DNA of 64,000 bases from an uncultured Acidobacteriota bacterium. Its GTDB lineage: Bacteria > Acidobacteriota > Blastocatellia > RBC074. The notes beneath the pieces are model-generated. The model saw only the letters and a list, made by a program, of their open reading frames with translations. It did no database searches and was not told the DNA's origin. This document shows, in pieces, positions 18,503 to 27,867 of this stretch. Position 1 is the stretch's first letter. Every line of letters begins with the position of its first letter. The position numbers and the translations under genes were made by a program. The stretch covers positions 1,280,001-1,344,000 of the forward strand of contig CAWCKY010000003.1 of assembly GCA_963796275.1 (NCBI GenBank). The letters are read 5' to 3'.

Positions 18503-18610
18503 TGGTATTCGGTTATCGGTAGTCGGTAGTCGGTTGCCAGGTCTTACCTAACGATCGAGAGATCAAAGAATGAAACCGCCGAATACCGACGACCGAATAC
18601 CGAAAACCGA
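18503..18610. repeat. Inverted heptamer arrays (TCGGTnn)n / (nnACCGA)n before ileS
   Basis: ggtattcggttatcggtagtcggtagtcggtt ... ccgaataccgacgaccgaataccgaaaaccga. Confidence 0.75.
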
Positions 18611-18617
18611 AGAAATT

Positions 18618-21419
18618 ATGGCAACAGAAACAACCCTTGATTTGAAAACGACTGTTAACCTCCCCGACACTTCATTTCCGCAAAGAGGCAACCTGCCGCA
18701 GAACGAACCCACGCGATTAAAGAAGTGGGAAGGGATGAACCTTTACCAGCTTATTCATAATGCGCGCGCGGGCAAACCACTTTATGTTCTGCACGATGGT
18801 CCGCCTTATGCCAATGGCCGCATTCATCTCGGTACCGCTCTCAACAAAGTGCTTAAAGACTTTTGCATCAAATCCCGATCTATGATGGGTTATTGGGCGC
18901 CATACGTCCCGGGTTGGGACTGCCACGGTTTGCCCATAGAGATAAAGGTCGAGGAAGAGCTCGGAGCGAAAAAGCACCAGATGCCGCTGATCGACATCCG
19001 CCGCGCCGCCCGCAAGCATGCGGAGAAGTTCATCGACCTGCAGCGCGAAGATTTCAAGCGTCTGGGGATACTGGGCGAATGGGAAACCCCGTACAAGACG
19101 ATGAATCCCCAATATCAGGCCGACATCGTTCGCGTATTCGGTAAATTCGTCGAGAAGGGTTCGGTGTATAAGGGGCTGCGGCCCGTGCATTGGTGCATCA
19201 GTTGCCAGACGGCGCTGGCGGAGGCCGAAGTCGAATACAACGATCACACGAGCCATTCGGTCTACGTGAAATTCCCCTTTCCTGATGCGCCAGCGCTTGA
19301 TCCGGCTCTCGATGGGAAGCAAGTCAGTATTGTGATCTGGACGACGACGCCGTGGACGCTGCCTGCAAACCTGGGCATCAGCTTCAACCCGCAGTTCGAA
19401 TACAGCGCCGTCGAGACGGGCGGCGATGTGTTGATCGTCGCATCCGGTTTGCTCGAACAGTTCGCCGCGACGGTCGGTTTGAACGATTACAAAGTGATCG
19501 GCCAATACAGCGGTGAGAAGTTCGATCGTATGAAAGCGCGCCACCCGTTCATCGATAGCGCGAGTCTTCTGATGCTCGGCGATCACGTCACGCTCGATGC
19601 CGGGACGGGCGCGGTACACACAGCGCCAGGCCATGGTTACGATGACTACGTGATCGGCAAACAGTACGGGCTCGATATCTACAACCCGGTGGACAATCGC
19701 GGGTTTTTTATGAAGGATGTCGAGCATTTCGCCGGAATGCGCGTCATCCCGTTGACGAAGAAGGACGCGCAGAACGACGGCAACGAAGCCGTCGTCGCTC
19801 ATTTGCAGAAGGTCGGCGCGCTGCTCAAAGAAGAGATCTTCCAGCATCAGTACCCGCATTGCTGGCGTTGCCACAATCCCGTGATCTTCCGCGCCACACC
19901 ACAGTGGTTCATCTCGATGGCGGCGACCAGGTTGAATGAACGCGCCATAGCGGCTTGCGATCAGGTGCAGTGGGTGCCGGCCTGGGGCAACGAGCGGATG
20001 AAGAATATGTTCAGGGATCGCCCCGACTGGTGTATCTCGCGCCAACGTGCCTGGGGTGTGCCGATCACGGTCTTTTATTGCGATGATTGCAGCGAGAGTC
20101 TGTGCGATCCGAAAGTCATCAATTATGTCGCGGATATTTTCGAAAAGGAGTCTGCGGATGCCTGGTATCTGCGCGATGCGAAAGACCTCGTCCCGCCGGG
20201 CACTAAGTGCGGCAATTGCGGATCCGATAAACTGAGGAAAGAGTCGGATATCCTCGATGTCTGGCTCGATTCCGGCACGAGTTCGATTGCAGTGCTCAAA
20301 GAATATGATTTGCCGTATCCGGCAGATGTCTATCTGGAAGGCGGCGATCAGTTCCGCGGCTGGTTCAATTCCTCGCTGGTCGTCGGCCTCGAGGTCCGCG
20401 ATCAGGCGCCCTATCGGACGGTGATCACGTACGGCTGGGTCATCGATGTGAGCGGCGACAAGATGTCGAAGTCGAAGGGCAATGTCGTTGAGCCCAGGAA
20501 GGTCGTCGAACAGATGGGCGCGGAGATTCTGCGGTTATGGTGTTCGGCGCTCGATTACTTCGAAGACATGCGGGTTTCCGAGGAGATCCTCAAACGCATC
20601 GCCGATGCCTACCGCAAGATTCGCAACACGGCGCGTTATTGCCTGAAGAACCTGGAAGGTTTCGATCCGAAGAGCGATCGCGTAAGTTACGAACAGATGC
20701 ACGAGATCGACCGTTGGGTGCTCGCGCAGGTGGACGAAGTGACGAGAAAAGCGCTGGCCGCCTACGAGCGCTACGATTTCACGAGCGTCTATCAGACGAT
20801 CTATTCGTTCGCCACTCTCGAGCTCTCGTCACTTTATTTCGATATCGTGAAGGATCGGTTATACACATACGCGCCGAAATCCCTGGCGCGTCGCTCAGCG
20901 CAGACGGCGTTATACGAGATCGTTCATCGGCTGGCGCGGTTGGCCGCACCGGTGCTTGCGTTTACCTCCGATGAGATCTGGGAAAATATTCCCGGCGCAT
21001 CCCAAGAAGCTGCATCGGTGCATCTGACTCTCTTCCCGGCTAGTGAACCCGGGTGGAGCAACGAAACCTTGGTGGCGCGGTACGAAAAGCTGTTCGGGAT
21101 CCGCAGCGCAGTAATGAAGGCGCTGGAGGAGGCGCGCATTGCGAAGCTGATCGGTTCAGGTCTCGACGCGAAAGTGAGCATAACGGCCGGGGCTGAAACC
21201 AAAGAATTCCTGGAATCGTTCGGTGTGGACTTGCATTTCGATTTTATCGTCTCACAGGTCGAATTGAGCGAGGGCGCTGATCTGAACGTGGCGGTTGAGA
21301 AGGCGGAGGGAGAGAAATGCGAGCGCTGCTGGCATTACACAACCGATGTCGGAGCAGATACTCGCTTCCCGGGCGTTTGCGGTCGTTGTGTCGTAAATCT
21401 CGAGGAAATGTTAGGATAG
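18618..21419 (+). CDS. ileS: Isoleucyl-tRNA synthetase (type 1)
   Basis: LHDGPPYANG.IHLGT, WTTTPWTLPAN, DWCISRQR.WG, KMSKS, C-terminal CERCW..CGRC. Confidence 0.97.
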   Translation: MATETTLDLKTTVNLPDTSFPQRGNLPQNEPTRLKKWEGMNLYQLIHNARAGKPLYVLHDGPPYANGRIHLGTALNKVLKDFCIKSRSMMGYWAPYVPGWDCHGLPIEIKVEEELGAKKHQMPLIDIRRAARKHAEKFIDLQREDFKRLGILGEWETPYKTMNPQYQADIVRVFGKFVEKGSVYKGLRPVHWCISCQTALAEAEVEYNDHTSHSVYVKFPFPDAPALDPALDGKQVSIVIWTTTPWTLPANLGISFNPQFEYSAVETGGDVLIVASGLLEQFAATVGLNDYKVIGQYSGEKFDRMKARHPFIDSASLLMLGDHVTLDAGTGAVHTAPGHGYDDYVIGKQYGLDIYNPVDNRGFFMKDVEHFAGMRVIPLTKKDAQNDGNEAVVAHLQKVGALLKEEIFQHQYPHCWRCHNPVIFRATPQWFISMAATRLNERAIAACDQVQWVPAWGNERMKNMFRDRPDWCISRQRAWGVPITVFYCDDCSESLCDPKVINYVADIFEKESADAWYLRDAKDLVPPGTKCGNCGSDKLRKESDILDVWLDSGTSSIAVLKEYDLPYPADVYLEGGDQFRGWFNSSLVVGLEVRDQAPYRTVITYGWVIDVSGDKMSKSKGNVVEPRKVVEQMGAEILRLWCSALDYFEDMRVSEEILKRIADAYRKIRNTARYCLKNLEGFDPKSDRVSYEQMHEIDRWVLAQVDEVTRKALAAYERYDFTSVYQTIYSFATLELSSLYFDIVKDRLYTYAPKSLARRSAQTALYEIVHRLARLAAPVLAFTSDEIWENIPGASQEAASVHLTLFPASEPGWSNETLVARYEKLFGIRSAVMKALEEARIAKLIGSGLDAKVSITAGAETKEFLESFGVDLHFDFIVSQVELSEGADLNVAVEKAEGEKCERCWHYTTDVGADTRFPGVCGRCVVNLEEMLG

Positions 21420-21469
21420 CAGGGTTTTGACGGCCACGCCTAGTCTGATATCGAACAAGAGGAGTGGTT

Positions 21470-21721
21470 ATGGCAGAAGAGAGCAATTCTATAGATAATC
21501 GGTCGACGAGTCCTCTCCCGTTTGAGGAATTCGTCAGGCAGCAGTTTGAACTTGTATTTGTACGGTTAGACGGTCTCGAAACCAATATGACTGAACGCTT
21601 TCTTCAACTCAGCCGTCAAATAAAGCATCTTGATCAGAAAGTGGATATTTTCATTCAGGAGCAGATTTATATGAAGGACGAGTGGAGAGAGTTACGTGAA
21701 ATTGTTAAACCGAAAAATTGA
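21470..21721 (+). CDS. Small coiled-coil hypothetical protein
   Basis: AGAGGAG RBS; heptad pattern. Confidence 0.6.
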   Translation: MAEESNSIDNRSTSPLPFEEFVRQQFELVFVRLDGLETNMTERFLQLSRQIKHLDQKVDIFIQEQIYMKDEWRELREIVKPKN

Positions 21722-21734
21722 CATTTGAAAATCG

Positions 21735-21843
21735 ACCGCGAAGAGGCGACGCGAATGTGGGCATGTTTTTTAACTTGCCCATATCTCCGTGGCAGGTAAA
21801 AAACGGGTCTACCTTCGCTCGCCTTCTTCGTTTCTTCGTGGTT
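21735..21843. repeat. Imperfect inverted repeat of ~9-nt units (CGCGAAG / CTTCG)
   Basis: accgcgaagaggcgacgcgaa ... ttcgctcgccttcttcgtttcttcgtggt. Confidence 0.5.
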
Positions 21844-21854
21844 TCTATTGAGAA

Positions 21855-22400
21855 ATGCGATCCAAATTCGGCTATCTAATAATCACCGTCATAGTCCTCA
21901 TCGTCGATCAGTTGACGAAGTATTGGGCGATAACATCGCTCAAACCGGTTGCCCTGATAGAAGTCATCCCGGGGTTTTTCCGGTTCACTTACGCGACAAA
22001 TCGCGGGGTGGCTTTCAGCATGTTCGCCGAGAGCGAATTGAATGTCCGTTTGATCTTCGCCACAGTATCTTCGATCGCCGCGCTTTTCGTAGTCGTCTAT
22101 CTAGCACGCACACCGGCGAGAATGGTACGGATGAATGCGGCGCTATCGCTCCTGCTCGCCGGGATCATCGGCAATCTGATCGATCGCGTGCGTTTAGGAG
22201 AGGTGATAGACTTTTTGGATTTCCACCTGGGCGAAAAGTATACCTGGCCAACGTTCAACATTGCTGATGCGGCGATCTGTGTAGGCGCCGCACTTCTTGC
22301 CCTCGAGATGTTTCACGAGGAGAAGGCGGCAAGGTTGAGGCCATCGACTGAAAAGAGCACGATCGGTTCTTCGGAATCAAGTGAACTACCGAGATCATAA
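21855..22400 (+). CDS. lspA: Lipoprotein signal peptidase II
   Basis: DQLTK, NRGVAFS, GNLIDR, VIDFL, FNIAD. Confidence 0.96.
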   Translation: MRSKFGYLIITVIVLIVDQLTKYWAITSLKPVALIEVIPGFFRFTYATNRGVAFSMFAESELNVRLIFATVSSIAALFVVVYLARTPARMVRMNAALSLLLAGIIGNLIDRVRLGEVIDFLDFHLGEKYTWPTFNIADAAICVGAALLALEMFHEEKAARLRPSTEKSTIGSSESSELPRS

Positions 22401-23278
22401 TGTTTCCAGAGCTATTCAAAATTCCTTATCTCAATTTCACCTTCAATACTTATGGCTTTCTGCTGGCCCTTGCTTTTATCTCCGGCCTATACGTAATGGG
22501 GAGACTCGCCTCACGCGACGGCCTAGAGAAACAGAAAGTTTACGACCTCGGTCTCTGGGTGCTGGCTGCCTCGCTGGTCGGGTCTAAATTGTTGATGGTC
22601 ATCACCGAGTGGGACAGTTTTTATCGCGACAATCCGCGGCAGATATTCACGCTCGATTTCTTTCGTTCCGGAGGAGTTTTTTACGGAGGATTCATCGGCG
22701 CGGTAATCGCCTCGCTGATTGTCATGAGGTTGTACAAACTGCCGTGGTGGCGGACCGCAGACGCGTTCGCGCCCGGAGTCGCTCTCGGGCAGATGATAGG
22801 CCGACTCGGTTGTTTCAGTGCAGGTTGTTGTTGGGGCAAGCCGACCACGGCTTTCTGCGGCGTGCACTTTACCGATAGAGGGCACGAGATTACAGGGGTG
22901 CCGACGATGGTTGGTCATCTAACCGATCCTATACAAAAAAATGTTTGGGCGGAAAATCTCGGTGGATTGGGCGCATCTTTGCATTTGCATCCGACGCAGC
23001 TCTACGAGGCCGGCGCGACGCTCGTGATCTTTCTCGTACTTCTTGCCGTCTTTCGCCATCGCCGATTTTACGGTCAGGTGATTCTGACTTACGCGCTGCT
23101 TTATGCCGTTGCGCGTTTCATCATTGAATACTGGCGGGACGATCCGCGCGGCGAAGTCTTCGATCTTTTTTCGACCTCGCAGTTCATCGCCATCCTTCTT
23201 TTCATTGGCGCCCTGATAGTGATGATTTTTAGATTGCGTGTTGCGGATCGCGGATTACAAGTTGAAGAGGTCGCTTGA
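22400..23278 (+). CDS. lgt: Prolipoprotein diacylglyceryl transferase
   Basis: GGVFYGG, GRLGCF..GCCWG, HPTQLYE, RFIIEYWR. Confidence 0.95.
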   Translation: MFPELFKIPYLNFTFNTYGFLLALAFISGLYVMGRLASRDGLEKQKVYDLGLWVLAASLVGSKLLMVITEWDSFYRDNPRQIFTLDFFRSGGVFYGGFIGAVIASLIVMRLYKLPWWRTADAFAPGVALGQMIGRLGCFSAGCCWGKPTTAFCGVHFTDRGHEITGVPTMVGHLTDPIQKNVWAENLGGLGASLHLHPTQLYEAGATLVIFLVLLAVFRHRRFYGQVILTYALLYAVARFIIEYWRDDPRGEVFDLFSTSQFIAILLFIGALIVMIFRLRVADRGLQVEEVA

Positions 23279-23469
23279 TAGTTTTCAGTTTGTTGGCAGC
23301 CAGAGAAAACTGAAAACTGAAAACTGAAAACTGTCTTTTCATTGGCGCCCTGATAGTGATGATTTTTAGATTGCGTATTGCGGATCGCGGATTACAAGTT
23401 GAAGAGGTCGCTTGATAGTTTTCAGTTCGTTGGCAGCCAGAGAAAACTGAAAACTGAAAACTGAAAACT
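23197..23469 (+). repeat. 137-bp tandem duplication of the lgt 3' end plus (GAAAACT)4 array
   Basis: Copy 1 at 23197-23333, copy 2 at 23334-23469; two substitutions. Confidence 0.95.
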
Positions 23470-23476
23470 TTTTCAC

Positions 23477-25234
23477 ATGCGTTTGGCTTATTTTACTCCG
23501 CTTCCCCCGAGCAAATCAGGCATTGCCGATTATAATGTCGAGCTCCTGCCTTACCTCGCGCGCGGCGCTGAGCTAACTGTCTTCGTCCAGCGCGAAGATG
23601 AGCTCAATGAGAATCAGAGCCGCGAGGGGTATGCTGTCCGGAACGCAACCAGCTTTGATGAACTTCACCGGGATAACCCATTCGATCTTTGCGTCTATCA
23701 CCAGGGCAATAACCCCTATCACGAATTTATCTACGAGCGGGCGTTGATTACACCGGGCTTGTTAGTGCTGCACGAACATTGTCTGCATCACCTGATTGTC
23801 GGAAAGACGCTCGCGCGCGGGGATGCCGAGGGATATTGGAACGAGCTTTTCTATGCCTACGGGAATCGCGGCGCTCGCCTTGCCGAAATGCGCATCGGCG
23901 GCACTGTCAGCAGCGATTACCAACAATTTTTGTTCCCGCTCAATCGCCGTTTGGTCGCCAGCAGTCTCGGGCTGATCGTGCACAACGCATACTCGTTCGC
24001 GCAACTCGAGGGGCTGCGGGAAGGGTGTCCGGTCGAGATCATTCCGCATCACCTGTCGCCCAAAAATTATGAACTCGATGAGATGGACAAAGTCGAATGC
24101 CGCCGGTCGCTCGGCGTGCCCGAGGATGCTTGGGTCGTAGCGTCTCTTGGCTTTGTCACGGAATCGAAGCGCATCCCGGTCGTGTTGGCAGCCTTCAAAA
24201 AACTGCTTTCGGTCATGCCGAAATCGATCTATATGATAATCGGTGAAGACCATCCGACCGGCGGAGTCGCACCGCTGATCGAAGAGATGGGTTTAGGCGA
24301 TAAAGTGCGGATCACGGGTTACACGACAGAGACTGATTTCTTCCGCTATCTGAAGACAGTTGACGTGGTCGTTAACTTGCGTTTTCCAACGGCCGGTGAA
24401 ACCTCGGGCACGTTGATCCGTTCTCTGGGAGCGGGCAAGCCCGTCATCGTGACTGATTTCGGTCAGTTCGGTGAAATGCCAGACGATTGTTGTTTGAAAG
24501 TCAGGCTGGGACCCGATGAGGAACGAGAATTGTATTTGCAATTGCGAGCGCTGGCATATCGTCCGACGCTCCGTGAAAGTTTGAGCAGAAGTGCTTCGGA
24601 GTGGATTCGCCGCGAGTGCGAGATCAGCCGTTCCGCGGCGCGATATCTCGCGCTCGGCGAGCGCATTATTGAGCGAGAGAAAAGGTGGCGCGAGCGGCCA
24701 TCCCGTGCTTTGATCAGGCCTCGGTTCGATTTTATTGACGCGCCGGCAATCAAAATTGACCGAGAGGCGGCTGAGGCCAACGGATACGCCCACCACATCA
24801 TCGATCTGATCGCCCTGATCCCCGCCGGCGGGAAAGACGAGCGGCTGCTTATTCTGAACGGCACCGACCAAATGGGGAACCTCGTCGAGAGATACGGCGA
24901 GTATGGCGAGATTTCGGCAACCCGAAGCTCGGAAGGAGAGGGGCTCACGTATTCCAATTCGCATTTCGATGTCGCGCTCTTTGGTGGACTGATCGAGCAT
25001 TCCCGGGAAGACACGATGCATATGCTAATGGAAATGAACCGTGTGCTGAAATGGGGCGGATTGCTAATTCTGAAGACATCTCCTATGGTCAGGGATGTGC
25101 CTCTTGTTCTTGGATCGGCAGGGTTCAAAATTATCAAGCAGGAAACGGGCCATAGCATGAATGACGTTGAGAATCTGTTAGTCGGCCGCAAGCAGAGCCT
25201 GCAGTTCGATAGATACCCGGATGTTGCGACATGA
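23477..25234 (+). CDS. Glycosyltransferase (GT4-like) fused to a degenerate methyltransferase-like domain
   Basis: TPLPPSKSGIADY, YHQGNNPYH, NLRFPTAGETSG; C-terminal FDVALFGGLIEH...MNRVLKWGGLLIL. Confidence 0.85.
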   Translation: MRLAYFTPLPPSKSGIADYNVELLPYLARGAELTVFVQREDELNENQSREGYAVRNATSFDELHRDNPFDLCVYHQGNNPYHEFIYERALITPGLLVLHEHCLHHLIVGKTLARGDAEGYWNELFYAYGNRGARLAEMRIGGTVSSDYQQFLFPLNRRLVASSLGLIVHNAYSFAQLEGLREGCPVEIIPHHLSPKNYELDEMDKVECRRSLGVPEDAWVVASLGFVTESKRIPVVLAAFKKLLSVMPKSIYMIIGEDHPTGGVAPLIEEMGLGDKVRITGYTTETDFFRYLKTVDVVVNLRFPTAGETSGTLIRSLGAGKPVIVTDFGQFGEMPDDCCLKVRLGPDEERELYLQLRALAYRPTLRESLSRSASEWIRRECEISRSAARYLALGERIIEREKRWRERPSRALIRPRFDFIDAPAIKIDREAAEANGYAHHIIDLIALIPAGGKDERLLILNGTDQMGNLVERYGEYGEISATRSSEGEGLTYSNSHFDVALFGGLIEHSREDTMHMLMEMNRVLKWGGLLILKTSPMVRDVPLVLGSAGFKIIKQETGHSMNDVENLLVGRKQSLQFDRYPDVAT

Positions 25235-25310
25235 CTAGATAGAGTCGGGAGTCCGGAGTTTTATAGAAAGTAGGGAATGATAAGTTCGGCATCGGATTCC
25301 AGACCTTATT

Positions 25311-26558
25311 ATGATTTCAGTTCGAGAAGTTTCCAAACTATATCGCATATACGATAAGCCGACGGGGCGGCTGAAAGAGATCGTTTTGCGCGGGCGACGC
25401 AAATATCACCGCGATTTCTGGGCTTTACAGAATATAAATCTGGAAGTTGCTTCCGGCGAGGCCGTCGGGATTATCGGCCGAAACGGGGGAGGGAAGACGA
25501 CGCTGCTTCAAATAATTGCCGGCGTCCTGCAACCGACACAGGGTGAAGTGCGTGTCGAGGGGCGCGTCACCGCACTGCTCGAGCTGGGGAGCGGATTCAA
25601 TCCCGAATACACGGGGCGCGAGAACATAATACTCAGCGGACAGATACTCGGCATCAGCGAAGACGATATGAGGCAGAGGCTAGACGTCATCACCCAGTTC
25701 GCCGAGCTGGAAGCGTTCGTCGATCAACCGGTCAAAACCTATTCGACCGGAATGATGATGAGACTCGCCTTCGCCTCCGCCATCCATGTCGACCCGGATG
25801 TGCTGATCGTCGATGAGGCGTTATCGGTTGGCGACGTCTATTTTCAACGGAAATCGATCGACCGGATGGAATACTTTCGGAAAGCGGGTAAGACCGTCCT
25901 CTTCGTTTCGCACGAGCCACAGCTCATCCAGCGTTTTTGCAACCGCGCATTATGGCTCGAGCGCGGGCAGGCGGCCATGTTCGGGGATGCACGAGAGGTG
26001 GTCACGGCGTATCAGGCTTTCTGCGCCAAGCTGGAGGATGAGAGGCTCCGCAAGGCCGCGCAAAATGGCGGCATCGCTTCGCACGAGCATGATGAGATCT
26101 TACGCGAATTACGTTTGACGGGCTCTCGATGGGGTAATGGGAAAATCAGTTATACCCGAGTCGAGATGATCAATTCTCACGGTGAGGCGACCTGGGTCTT
26201 CAATTCCGGGGAAGCCGTCATTGTCAAACTGTACTACGAGTCTGATCAGGATTATGAACGACCCATATTCGCGATCGATATCCATCGATTTGACGGCATC
26301 TTCGTCGGCAGCGTCAACAACCACGATACTCATCCTTCCCAGATTCCGATCACACGCGGGCCTGGGACGTTAACCCTGAACATCCAAAAATTGGAGCTGC
26401 CTTACAATTCTTACTTCCTATCGCTAAAGGCATATACAGAGAGCGACGAGCCGCATTGGAGAGACCCGGCGGACATTCACAACCAGATGTATCAGTTCGA
26501 TGTGGTAACCAAACAGCAAATTCATGGCCTGATGAAATTTGAAGCTGAGTGGGAATGA
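25311..26558 (+). CDS. wzt: Polysaccharide ABC exporter ATPase with C-terminal Wzt_C domain
   Basis: GRNGGGKTT, ELGSGFNPEYTGREN, YSTGM..RLAF, IVDEALSVGD. Confidence 0.92.
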   Translation: MISVREVSKLYRIYDKPTGRLKEIVLRGRRKYHRDFWALQNINLEVASGEAVGIIGRNGGGKTTLLQIIAGVLQPTQGEVRVEGRVTALLELGSGFNPEYTGRENIILSGQILGISEDDMRQRLDVITQFAELEAFVDQPVKTYSTGMMMRLAFASAIHVDPDVLIVDEALSVGDVYFQRKSIDRMEYFRKAGKTVLFVSHEPQLIQRFCNRALWLERGQAAMFGDAREVVTAYQAFCAKLEDERLRKAAQNGGIASHEHDEILRELRLTGSRWGNGKISYTRVEMINSHGEATWVFNSGEAVIVKLYYESDQDYERPIFAIDIHRFDGIFVGSVNNHDTHPSQIPITRGPGTLTLNIQKLELPYNSYFLSLKAYTESDEPHWRDPADIHNQMYQFDVVTKQQIHGLMKFEAEWE

Positions 26559-27163
26559 TGTATATAGCCAAGATCATCAAATCGAATTCGCACGTCGATT
26601 ATGCTGCGCGAGTTCTCGATTCGCTCGAAACGCACGACCCGCCGACGACTGCCGATTACCATTTCGGCCAGTTCGTCAAAATACCGGCCAAAGGGAAAAA
26701 CGGCGAATATCGCGGTGAAGCGGTCGGTGTGATATACAATTCGCAGTTGATCAATCCTGAATACGGCAACTATGGCCCCCGCCTTTCCACTCCCCCGGAG
26801 CTCAACGCAGTCTTCAGCCCGGACTACCTGAACGAGCAGGGTGTGCTGATAGGTATATTGCTGGTAGGTTGGCGCGATATCAATGGCTGCCATCAAGGGG
26901 TGCCGCGTGAAGTATTGTCTATCAATTCGGATGTGGAGGTTATGACGGGTCAGGAGGTGAGCGCGTTTCATCACGATGAAAGCGGCTCATTGCAAGTTCA
27001 TTACTATACACACATCACAACACACGCGGGATCGTTCGCCTTTCAGTTATTGGCGGCGATCGTCGATCAACTGGAACGGCTTACGTCGGAAAGCGAGCGG
27101 GCGAGGCTAGGCGTCTTGCGGAAGGCGCTCACATGGCAGCAAACGATCGGGAAGTTGAGATAG
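26555..27163 (+). CDS. Hypothetical protein, HAS-barrel-like
   Basis: IAKIIKSNSHVDY...FGQFVKI...VGVIYN; ATGA overlap with wzt. Confidence 0.7.
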   Translation: MMYIAKIIKSNSHVDYAARVLDSLETHDPPTTADYHFGQFVKIPAKGKNGEYRGEAVGVIYNSQLINPEYGNYGPRLSTPPELNAVFSPDYLNEQGVLIGILLVGWRDINGCHQGVPREVLSINSDVEVMTGQEVSAFHHDESGSLQVHYYTHITTHAGSFAFQLLAAIVDQLERLTSESERARLGVLRKALTWQQTIGKLR

Positions 27164-27167
27164 GAGC

Positions 27168-27236
27168 CAGTTTTTAGTTTTCAGTCTTCAGTTTTTGAGT
27201 TCTCACTCGTCAACTGAAAACTGAAACTGAAAACTG
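27168..27236. repeat. Inverted heptamer arrays (AGTTTTC)n / (GAAAACT)n between convergent genes
   Basis: cagtttttagttttcagtcttcagttttt ... aactgaaaactgaaactgaaaactg. Confidence 0.8.
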
Positions 27237-27240
27237 ATCT

Positions 27241-27867
27241 TCATTGATTTTGCTTCAGCGCATTGGCCAGAGGCGCCCATTGGCCGTTCTGTTTGAACTC
27301 GAATCTCGGCAGTTGGAATTGAAATTGTTTGTTGAACTCGGGATGGTTCTTGAGGAAGTAATCGCGCGTGCGGTTGTCGGCAGTGGCGATTTTCCAATTG
27401 TTATTCTCCTTGAAGAGGTACTGTTGAACGGAGACTCGGCCTTCCGTTACCTCTTCGCCGTTTACCTTTAATGGTTTTTTGAGTCGACCGTAGATAGTCG
27501 TATCGATTACGGCGAAATCGCCTTTTTGCTGCGAACGGCTCACATCCATTCGGTCGATTATTATGAACGACTCCAGGCGCTTGATGCTGAGAGCGAGCTG
27601 TGCCGGCGTGATCTGCTGCTGAAGCTGGCTCGGGAGAAATTCGTAGAGAGATGAATATTTCTGGTTCTTGAGCAGTGAGAAGAACGTCTGCACGGCTGCG
27701 CGCGCATCCTTGGGCTGATTCTTGCTTTGTGAGCGGACCGAAGCGGCTGTGAGAATCAGGCAGGCTAAAATCAGGAGTGCGAACGGGCGCCCACGCTTCT
27801 TCGCCGCCGACCGGTCGTTGACGGTTGTTTCGTTCGCATCGATTGTGTTTTTATTTTTCGCTGTCAT
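27241..27867 (-). CDS. Exported hypothetical protein (possibly NTF2-like)
   Basis: Basic region + FALLILACLILTAAS signal; overlaps the topA end. Confidence 0.7.
   Translation of the reverse strand: MTAKNKNTIDANETTVNDRSAAKKRGRPFALLILACLILTAASVRSQSKNQPKDARAAVQTFFSLLKNQKYSSLYEFLPSQLQQQITPAQLALSIKRLESFIIIDRMDVSRSQQKGDFAVIDTTIYGRLKKPLKVNGEEVTEGRVSVQQYLFKENNNWKIATADNRTRDYFLKNHPEFNKQFQFQLPRFEFKQNGQWAPLANALKQNQ

Noticed and set aside
23197-23469. CRISPR array
   Set aside because: Two abutting 137-bp copies with no spacers; no cas genes in the window
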